Of a stretch of DNA of 32,000 bases, positions 25,782-32,000 are shown piece after piece. The translations under genes and the position numbers were made by a program. The first letter of the stretch is position 1. Each line of letters starts with the position of its first letter. Location: NCBI GenBank assembly GCA_900234795.1, contig LT962688.1, forward strand, positions 1,380,001 to 1,412,000, in the 5' to 3' direction. Origin of the DNA: Methylorubrum extorquens. Its GTDB lineage: Bacteria; Pseudomonadota; Alphaproteobacteria; Rhizobiales; Beijerinckiaceae. Under the pieces are notes generated by a model. The model worked only from the letters and a program-made list of their open reading frames with translations. It did no database searches and had not been told where the DNA came from.

Positions 25782-26762
25782 TCAGCGGGCCGGAAGGCTG
25801 GCCGGCCGGCGGACCTCGCCGAGCAGGGTGGCGAGGAGGTCCGGCGTGACGTTCACGTGCTCGATCGTGTCGAGCTTGCCCGCCAGCGCCTGGGCGGCCA
25901 GCCCGAGCAGGGTGCCCGGCGCCACGTCGCGGTAGATCGCGATGCGGGCCCGCTCGGCCTCGGCCCGCGCGCCCTCGACCATGCGGATGCGTTCGGCCTC
26001 GGCGCCGGCCTCGATCCCTTCCGCCTCCGCCCGCGCCTGCGCTCGGTTGCGGGCGTTCTGCGCTTCCTCGGCGATCAGCAGGCTCTCGCGCCGGGCCAGT
26101 TCGGTCTTGGTGGCGAGTTCGTTCTCGGCGATGGCGCGCTCCTTCTCCACCGCCAGCGCCCGGCGGGCGAAGGTGGCCTCGTCCGCCTTCTGCTGCAGCG
26201 CCTCGTAGGTCGGTGTCTGGAGCGCGCGCTCCAACTCGCTCGACGGAGCGAGGTTGGTGAGCCGCACCGAGACCACCGCGACGCCGATCTCGGCCAGCGA
26301 CGGATCGTTGGCGAGCGTCGCCTGCACCTGCCCGCGCAGGGCCTCCGGCCCGGCATCGAGCAGGGTGCGCACCGGCGCGGTTCCGAGGAATTGCAGCACG
26401 GTCTGGTTGGCCAGCCCGGCGATGCGCGCCTCGATCCGCTCGACCGGCTCGGTCTGGAGCCGGCCGGTGCGCAGATCGAGGGAGAAATCGACGCGGGCGG
26501 CGAGCCGCTCGGGATCGGCGACGTGCCAGCCGATGCTGCCCTGCACCGCAACCGCCTGGAAATCCGCGCTGCGGCCGCGGACGAACAGCGTCATCTCGCG
26601 GTCGTCCATCGGCAACTCGCTGATGCTCGCCGTCTCCGGCCGGAACCAGAAGACGAGGCCGCGCCCGCTCTGGCGCGGGCGGCCGTTGCGGTAGCGGATG
26701 ACGTAGTGGCTCGCCTCGCTCCTGAGCTGGGAGAGCACGCCGAAACGGCGGATCGTGGCCAT
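25782..26762 (-). CDS. SPFH/Band-7 (stomatin/flotillin-like) domain protein lacking an N-terminal membrane anchor
   Basis: 326 aa starting at ATG 26762 (MATIRRFGVLSQL). The SPFH core ends in VVSVRLTNLAPSSELERALQ, followed by an Ala/Glu/Arg coiled coil (AEEAQNARNRAQARAEAEGIEAGAEAERIRM). No hydrophobic N-terminal helix is visible. Confidence 0.85.
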   Translation of the reverse strand: MATIRRFGVLSQLRSEASHYVIRYRNGRPRQSGRGLVFWFRPETASISELPMDDREMTLFVRGRSADFQAVAVQGSIGWHVADPERLAARVDFSLDLRTGRLQTEPVERIEARIAGLANQTVLQFLGTAPVRTLLDAGPEALRGQVQATLANDPSLAEIGVAVVSVRLTNLAPSSELERALQTPTYEALQQKADEATFARRALAVEKERAIAENELATKTELARRESLLIAEEAQNARNRAQARAEAEGIEAGAEAERIRMVEGARAEAERARIAIYRDVAPGTLLGLAAQALAGKLDTIEHVNVTPDLLATLLGEVRRPASLPAR

Positions 26763-26763
26763 G

Positions 26764-27543
26764 TCAGTCTCCTTGAGCGGGGGTCTGCCAAGAGGTTTGG
26801 GACGGGGTCTGCGAAGAGGTTTGGCGAAGGCGGTACAGCTCGGCGGGGCGATAGGAGGTGCCCGTCTCGAACCGGCCGGTGGGGTCGAGCCAGCCGCGGT
26901 CGAGCATGCGGCGGCGGAAGGCGGGCTTGTTGAGGCCCGTGCCGAGGATCGCCTCGTGCACGTCCTGAAGCTGGCGCAGAGTGAACAGCTCCGGCAGCAG
27001 GGCGAAGCCGACCTCCGAATAGTCGAGCTTGCCCCGCAGACGCCGGATCGCCAGCGCGACGATCTCGGCGTGGTCGAAGGCGAGCGGCAAAGCCGCGCCG
27101 TCGGCCGCATGGACCGTCACGGATCCCTCCGCCGCGGGCGACGCCGCGACCGCGCCGGGAATCAGGGCCGGGGCCCGCGCCCGTGCCTCGGCGAAGGCCG
27201 CCTCGGTCAGGAGCGCGAGATAGGCGACCGTGATGATGCGCATGCGCGGATCGCGCTCCACCGCGCCGAAGGTGTAGAGCTGCTCCAGATGCGCCCGCGC
27301 CCCGCCCGCCTTCTCGCGCAGGACGCGCGCGGCGGCGTCATCCAACGACTCGTCGATCCCGACGAAGCCGCCGGGCAGCGCATGGCGCCCCGCATGCGGG
27401 TGCCGGTCGCGCTTCAGCAGCAGGAGGGTCGGGCGACCGCCGGAAAGGCCCAGCAGCACCAGATCGACGGCCACGGCCGGCCGGGCGTAATCGGCGGGAT
27501 CGTAGCGCGCCAGGAAGGCGGCCTCGGATTCGGCTTGGCTCAT
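26764..27543 (-). CDS. NrtR-like Nudix-related transcriptional regulator (degenerate Nudix domain plus C-terminal winged helix)
   Basis: 259 aa. The Nudix box GGFVGIDESLDDAAARVLREKAGG keeps Gx5E and the Arg but has lost two of the three REUxEE glutamates. The C-terminal FTLRQLQDVHEAILGTGLNKPAFRRRMLDRGWLDPTG matches the NrtR wHTH region. The stop lies 1 nt before the SPFH start. Confidence 0.85.
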   Translation of the reverse strand: MSQAESEAAFLARYDPADYARPAVAVDLVLLGLSGGRPTLLLLKRDRHPHAGRHALPGGFVGIDESLDDAAARVLREKAGGARAHLEQLYTFGAVERDPRMRIITVAYLALLTEAAFAEARARAPALIPGAVAASPAAEGSVTVHAADGAALPLAFDHAEIVALAIRRLRGKLDYSEVGFALLPELFTLRQLQDVHEAILGTGLNKPAFRRRMLDRGWLDPTGRFETGTSYRPAELYRLRQTSSQTPSQTSWQTPAQGD

Positions 27544-27564
27544 AGGATCACGCCCGATCCAGCT

Positions 27565-27605
27565 TATATTCGACTGGCATATTAGTTATTCTCGTATCGA
27601 ATATA
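27565..27605. promoter_or_regulatory. AT-rich inverted repeat, candidate operator/promoter in the nrtR-like / PepSY divergent region
   Basis: TATATTCGA (27565-27573) and TCGAATATA (27597-27605) form a perfect 9-bp inverted repeat with a 23-nt AT-rich spacer (CTGGCATATTAGTTATTCTCGTA). It lies 22 nt upstream of the nrtR-like ATG and is the most AT-rich patch in the window. Confidence 0.4.
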
Positions 27606-27803
27606 TGTCAACGCGGCTCTCGATCTCGGGCGCGCCGGCGCCGGCCCTATCGATCTCTGGCCCTGTCGATCGTCGGCGGCGCGCACCAGCATGCCTCGAA
27701 CGCAGTGACGCGCTGCAACCAAGCGGCGGCTCGGACCGTTCTGTGGGTCCGCAACAAGCTCGAGCGCCTCAGGCGCCGACACAAGAAACGGAAAGCCCGC
27801 CAC

Positions 27804-28421
27804 ATGAAGACGAATTTCCTGCGCCTCACCGCCGCCACCGGCCTGCTGACCCTGATGACCGGCCTCGCCGCGGCCCAGAACCCCGACCTGACCAAGAACC
27901 CGGAGAACTCCGGCCGCGCCCCGAGCGCCACGGAAGCGACCAAGTCCAACAGCGACCTCAAGGAGTGGCAGGTCGCCAAGTCGGCCAAGGTCGGCCTCGC
28001 GCAGGCCATCGCCACCGCCGAGGGCAAGGCCGAAGGCGAAGAGAAGGGCGGCAAGGCGATCGACGCCGACTTCGAGAAGGCCGACAGCAAGAACCCGGCG
28101 CACTACTCGATCAAGGTCGTGTACCCGAGCGGCAAGCTCGTCGAGCACGGCGTCAACGCCGACACGGGCGATCTCTACAAGAGCGAGAACCAGCCGTTCG
28201 AGCGCTACTTCACCCGGCTGAAGGCGAGCGACTTCCAGAACGCCAAGGTCTCGCTGAAGGACGCGATCAAGCTCGCCGAGCAGAAGAGCCCCGGCAGCAA
28301 GGCCTACGAGGCCGAGGTCGAGCGCGAGGGCAATGCGGTCGAGTACGAGATCAAGCTGGCGCTCACCGACCGCGAGCAGGAGGTCAAGGTCAGCCCGGAC
28401 GGCACGGTGAAGAACGACTGA
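27804..28421 (+). CDS. Secreted PepSY-domain protein (two PepSY-like repeats)
   Basis: 205 aa starting at ATG 27804. The signal peptide is MKTNFLRLTAATGLLTLMTGLAAA. Two modules have the pattern K(V/A)(G/S)L..AI..AE...G.......E.E......Y.(I/V)K. Confidence 0.75.
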   Translation: MKTNFLRLTAATGLLTLMTGLAAAQNPDLTKNPENSGRAPSATEATKSNSDLKEWQVAKSAKVGLAQAIATAEGKAEGEEKGGKAIDADFEKADSKNPAHYSIKVVYPSGKLVEHGVNADTGDLYKSENQPFERYFTRLKASDFQNAKVSLKDAIKLAEQKSPGSKAYEAEVEREGNAVEYEIKLALTDREQEVKVSPDGTVKND

Positions 28422-28470
28422 TCCCGCTTAAAAGCCGCCCTCGTCAGGAGAGGCGCTCGAGCGGCGATCG

Positions 28471-28507
28471 CGAAAAAATCGTCCGGGAACCGCGCGGAAC
28501 CCGGACG
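28471..28507 (-). terminator. Rho-independent terminator on the minus strand, 245 nt beyond the nearest minus-strand stop codon
   Basis: The minus strand reads CGTCCGGG-TTCCGCGCGGTT-CCCGGACG followed by ATTTTTTCG. It has an 8-bp stem at 28480-28487 and 28500-28507, and a T6 run corresponding to the plus-strand A-run at 28473-28478. Confidence 0.55.
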
Positions 28508-28752
28508 GCCCGCCGCCGACGCGCCGTCTCGGGAGGGGCAGGACCCGGATGGCCACTCCGGTGGAGCGCCCCCACCCTCATGACCGCCGGCATCCGGAAA
28601 CGGGTGCCGGCGAATGATTTCAAAGACGGCGCCGTTGCGCCTTAGCCGCGCATGACCGGCCAAACCGGCCCGTTCGGCGTCCGGGATGCTGCGCTGCCTT
28701 CTTGTTTGGAGCGTCGTCCCGAAAGCCGGTAACCGCTTCGTCGGGATGCGCT

Positions 28753-29028
28753 CTAACGGGCCTCGTGGCCCTTGCCGCTGGCGCCGGGCGAGGAACCGGA
28801 GCCGGCATCGTTGGCGCCCGTGCTGTTGGCCGTGCCGGAGCGGCTCTTGTCGCCCGAAGTCGGGCCGCTTCCGGCCGCCCCGGGGGACGCCCCCGAACCG
28901 GCATCGTTCGGCCCCGTGCTGTCGGCCGTGCCGGAGCGGCTTGTGCCGGAAGCCCCCGTGCCTTCGGCGGCGAAGGCCGCGGGCGCGAGCAGGAGGGTGC
29001 TGGCGAGGGCGAAGGTCAGAGCCTTCAT
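28753..29028 (-). CDS. Small secreted Gly/Ser/Thr-rich repeat protein (91 aa)
   Basis: The signal peptide is MKALTFALASTLLLAPAAFAA. The mature part holds two copies of SRSGTA(D/N)STG(P/A)NDAGSG(A/S)SPGA, encoded by a 96-nt imperfect tandem duplication. Confidence 0.6.
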   Translation of the reverse strand: MKALTFALASTLLLAPAAFAAEGTGASGTSRSGTADSTGPNDAGSGASPGAAGSGPTSGDKSRSGTANSTGANDAGSGSSPGASGKGHEAR

Positions 29029-29404
29029 GGCGGATCTCCCTGTTTGTTGAGGTGATGGGCCCTGGGAGAACCAGCGCTCCGGGACGCTGTTCCGCCCTGC
29101 CCGCTTCGCCCCACCTCATCGCATCGCGGCGCATCGCTCGATCCTGGCTCGGGATCATGCGCCTCCGAGGCCGTCCCGAGCACGCATCCTCCGCCCCCTC
29201 CAAGATCGCGTCCTTGTGATGGATGAAACAGGAACGGCGGCGCGCGAGAAATCTTGAGCGGCGGATCGGCGGCGATGCACAGACCGTCGGGGCTTGGTCT
29301 CGGCGCGGCCGTGCGCGATCCTGCTCCAAGCCGGAGCGACCCGCAGCGGTGCCCCGCCGCTCCGAATCCCGTGATCCTCCCCGACAGAAGGAAGCCCGAC
29401 GCCG

Positions 29405-30673
29405 ATGGGCGCGCTGATCCCGAACCCGAACGCGGCGACCTGGGGTATCGCCGCGCTGGCGACGCTCGGCGTGATCCTGCGCCCGTTCTCCTGGCCGGAG
29501 GCGATCTGGGCGGTGCTCGGCGCGGTGCTCCTCGTCCTCCTCGGCCTGATCCCCTGGCAGAATGCCCTGGAGGGCGCAGCCAAGGGCACCGACGTCTACC
29601 TTTTCCTCGTCGGGATGATGCTGCTCTCCGAGATCGCTCGGAAGCAGGGCCTGTTCGATTGGCTCGCCGCCCACGCGGTGCGGGCCGCGAAGGGGTCGCC
29701 GACGCGGCTGTTCTCGCTCGTCTACGTCGTCGGCACGGTGGTTACGGTCTTCCTCTCGAACGATGCCTGCGCGGTGGTGCTAACGCCCGCCGTCTTCGCC
29801 GCGACGCGGGCCGCCGGGGTGAAGCAGCCCCTGCCCTACCTGTTCGTCTGCGCCTTCATCGCTAACGCGGCGAGCTTCGTGCTGCCGATCTCGAACCCGG
29901 CCAACCTCGTCGTCTTCGCCGAGCACATGCCGCCGCTCGGCCGGTGGCTGGCGACCTTCACCCTGCCCTCCCTCCTCGCCATCGTCGCGACCTATCTCGT
30001 CCTGCGCCTGACCCAGAACGCGCGGCTGAAGGCCGAGACGGTCGCGACCGACGTCGCGATCCCGAGGCTCGGGCTCGGCGGCACGATCGCGGCCGGGGGC
30101 ATCGTCGCCACCGGCGCGGCCCTGATCGGCGCCTCTGCCGCCGGGATCGAACTCGGCCTGCCGACTTTCATCGCCGGGCTCGCCACCACCCTCGTCGTGC
30201 TCGCGATCAATCGGGGCGGGCTGGTCGCGGTTGCTCGGGACGTCTCCTGGGGCGTGCTGCCGCTGGTCGCCGGGCTCTTCGTTCTCGTCGAGTCCCTGGA
30301 GAAGACCGGCCTGCTCGCAAGGCTCGCCGACCTCCTGGGCCGCGCCGCGCAGGGCGATCCCGCCGCGACGGCCTGGGCCGGCGGCGTGCTCGTCGCGTTC
30401 GGATCGAACCTCGTGAACAACCTGCCGGCGGGTCTCCTGGCGGGCGCCGCGGTGCAGGCCGCCCATGTGCCGGAGACGGTGGCGGGGGCGATCCTGATCG
30501 GCGTCGATCTCGGGCCGAACCTCTCGGTCACGGGCTCGCTCGCCACGATCCTCTGGCTGACCGCGATCCGCCGCGAGGGCCAGAACGTCTCCGCCTGGGC
30601 GTTCCTGAAGCTCGGCGCCCTGGTCATGCCCCCGGCGCTGGCGCTGGCCCTCGCGGCTCTGATCCTCGCCTGA
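29405..30673 (+). CDS. ArsB/NhaD-superfamily permease (arsenical pump / citrate-transporter-like membrane protein)
   Basis: 422 aa and polytopic. It has characteristic segments VFLSNDACAVVLTP, FIANAASFVLPISNPANL, GSNLVNNLPAG and GPNLSVTGSLATILW. GGAAG lies upstream of the ATG. Confidence 0.85.
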   Translation: MGALIPNPNAATWGIAALATLGVILRPFSWPEAIWAVLGAVLLVLLGLIPWQNALEGAAKGTDVYLFLVGMMLLSEIARKQGLFDWLAAHAVRAAKGSPTRLFSLVYVVGTVVTVFLSNDACAVVLTPAVFAATRAAGVKQPLPYLFVCAFIANAASFVLPISNPANLVVFAEHMPPLGRWLATFTLPSLLAIVATYLVLRLTQNARLKAETVATDVAIPRLGLGGTIAAGGIVATGAALIGASAAGIELGLPTFIAGLATTLVVLAINRGGLVAVARDVSWGVLPLVAGLFVLVESLEKTGLLARLADLLGRAAQGDPAATAWAGGVLVAFGSNLVNNLPAGLLAGAAVQAAHVPETVAGAILIGVDLGPNLSVTGSLATILWLTAIRREGQNVSAWAFLKLGALVMPPALALALAALILA

Positions 30674-30719
30674 TCCACTCCCCTACCAGCCCCCCTCGCC
30701 GATCCGGAGGCCGACCCGC

Positions 30720-31685
30720 GTGAGTGCCGCCCTGCTCTATCCCTTCATCATCGTAGCGGGCGCGCTCCAGGCGCTCGGCAACTCCATGAACGCGCAGTTG
30801 CGCGGGCACCTCGTCAACCCGTTCCTGGCCGCCGCGGTCTCCTTCCTGCCGATCGTCTTCGTCTTCGCGACGCTGTTCCTCGTGATGCCGACGCCGCTGC
30901 CGAGCCTCGACTCGCTGGCGGCGATGCCGTGGTATGCGCCGCTCGGCGGCGTGGCCGGCGCGGTGGCGGTGTTCGGCGGCCTCGCCTTCGTCGACAAGGT
31001 CGGCGCCGGCCCCTTCAACGGCCTGACGCTGACGGCCAACATCCTGACCTCGCTGGCGATGGATTCGCTCGGCCTGTTCGGGCTGCAAGGCGGTGGGTTC
31101 AAGCCGATGCCCTGGCTCGGCGGCCTGCTCATGGCGATCGGCGTAACGTTCATCGCCCGCGTCACGCCCGACAAAGGCGCCGGGCAAGGTGCCGGGCAAG
31201 ACGCCGGGCGAGACGAGACCAAGGATGCCGGCCACGGCCTCAACCCGCGGCTGCTCTATCCCTTCATCGTCGTCGCGGGCGCCCTGCAGGCCATCGGCGT
31301 GGTCTGGAACGCGCAGTTGCGCGGAGCCCTGATCAACCCGTGGCTCGCGGCCCTGGTCTCGTTCCTGCCGGTGGTGTTCGTCTTCGTGCTGGTCTTCCTG
31401 CTGCGGCCGAAGCCGCTGCCGCAGCGGGCCGACATCGAGGGGGTGCGCTGGTGGATGCCGCTGGCCGGCCTCACCGGCGCCGTGGCCGTGTTCGCCGGCC
31501 TGCTCTTCGTCGACAAGGTCGGCGCGGGCGCCTTCAACGGCCTCCTGATCACCGCCAACCTGCTGACCTCGGTGGCGCTCGACCATTTCGGCTGGGTCGG
31601 CATGAAGCGGGTGCGGGCCGGCGCCTCGCGGCTGGGCGGGGCCGCCCTGATGGTGGCCGGCATCGTCCTCATCTCGCTGTTCTGA
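30720..31685 (+). CDS. Fused tandem DUF606 (YdcZ-type, DMT-superfamily) membrane protein
   Basis: 321 aa starting at GTG 30720. Two homologous halves of about 145 aa begin LLYPFIIVAGALQALGNSMNAQLRGHL and LLYPFIVVAGALQAIGVVWNAQLRGAL. Each half ends in FVDKVGAG.FNGL..TAN.LTS.A.D. The halves are joined by a Gly/Ala/Gln/Asp linker. Confidence 0.8.
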   Translation: MSAALLYPFIIVAGALQALGNSMNAQLRGHLVNPFLAAAVSFLPIVFVFATLFLVMPTPLPSLDSLAAMPWYAPLGGVAGAVAVFGGLAFVDKVGAGPFNGLTLTANILTSLAMDSLGLFGLQGGGFKPMPWLGGLLMAIGVTFIARVTPDKGAGQGAGQDAGRDETKDAGHGLNPRLLYPFIVVAGALQAIGVVWNAQLRGALINPWLAALVSFLPVVFVFVLVFLLRPKPLPQRADIEGVRWWMPLAGLTGAVAVFAGLLFVDKVGAGAFNGLLITANLLTSVALDHFGWVGMKRVRAGASRLGGAALMVAGIVLISLF

Positions 31686-31742
31686 CAGCCGCGACCGAGC
31701 CCGGAACGCCTCACGGGCAGAGCCGGGGGCGGCCTGTCGGCG

Positions 31743-32000
31743 TCAATGCGCGAGGATCCTCGACAGAAACTGCTGGGCGCGCTCGCTGCGGGGCCGGTCG
31801 AAGAAGGCGTCCTTCGCCACGTCCTCGACGATCTCGCCACGATCCATGAACACCACCCGGTCGGCCACCTTGCGGGCGAAGCCCATCTCGTGGGTCACGA
31901 CCATCATGGTCATGCCGTCACGGGCCAGTTCCACCATGACGTCGAGCACCTCGCCGACCATCTCGGGATCGAGCGCCGAGGTCGGTTCGTCGAACAGCAT
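31743..32000 (-). CDS. Polar amino-acid ABC transporter ATP-binding protein, C-terminal part (partial, 5' end outside the window)
   Basis: It has Walker [13 protein letters not shown], the H-loop VVTHEMGFA and the C-terminal [18 protein letters not shown] typical of GlnQ/HisP-type ATPases. Confidence 0.9.
   Translation of the reverse strand: MLFDEPTSALDPEMVGEVLDVMVELARDGMTMMVVTHEMGFARKVADRVVFMDRGEIVEDVAKDAFFDRPRSERAQQFLSRILAH

Noticed and set aside
19981-27543. The whole block from vapD through the Pls-like gene to the nrtR-like cassette as a mobile genomic island.
   Set aside because: I saw no integrase, transposase, flanking direct repeats or adjacent tRNA, and base composition looks like the rest of the window. 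An accessory nature is possible but cannot be shown from this sequence alone.

Overview
This window is a very GC-rich chromosomal segment whose gene content looks alphaproteobacterial, probably Rhizobiales or Methylobacterium-like; that placement is inferred, not demonstrated. Nearly all long ORFs on the strand opposite the called genes are shadow ORFs.

Housekeeping and small genes (1-10.8 kb):
- tRNA-Trp(CCA), followed by a probable secE start at the left edge.
- thpR.
- A TesA-like SGNH esterase, divergent from a YbbA-like ABC ATPase that has no adjacent permease.
- A HAD phosphatase.
- Several small secreted or hypothetical genes.
- An Omp25/RopB-type beta-barrel protein.
- A DEAD-box helicase.
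- A GGEEF diguanylate cyclase.

SUF Fe-S cluster (10.8-19.1 kb, minus strand): the order is nifS-like, sufB, sufC, sufD, sufS, sufT, sufA. It has four oddities:
- sufD is split over three reading frames by two apparent +1 insertions in G/C homopolymer runs.
- Two large palindromic repeat elements sit in the sufB-sufC and sufD-sufS spacers.
- A Uma2-family endonuclease gene sits on the opposite strand between sufT and sufA.
- Two tandem Irr/ICE-like boxes (TTTAGAA-N3-TTCTAA) lie upstream of the cluster.

Most interesting block (20-27.6 kb, all minus strand):
- A tightly packed trio encodes an NrtR-like Nudix-wHTH regulator with a degenerate Nudix box, a soluble SPFH/Band-7 protein and an atypical NAD-kinase-fold protein.
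- A 1360-1368 aa Pls/PosA-type single-module NRPS follows. Its layout is an A domain, a T domain, then three repeats of a transmembrane pair plus a left-handed beta-helix domain, which is the homopoly(amino acid) synthetase architecture.
- A small-ORF plus VapD (Cas2-like RNase) pair follows that.
- An AT-rich inverted repeat sits in the promoter region of the trio.

Right end of the window:
- A PepSY protein.
- A small repetitive secreted protein.
- An ArsB/NhaD-family permease.
- A fused double-DUF606 (YdcZ-type) membrane protein.
- The 3' part of an amino-acid ABC ATPase.

No CRISPR array, rRNA, transposase or integrase was seen.
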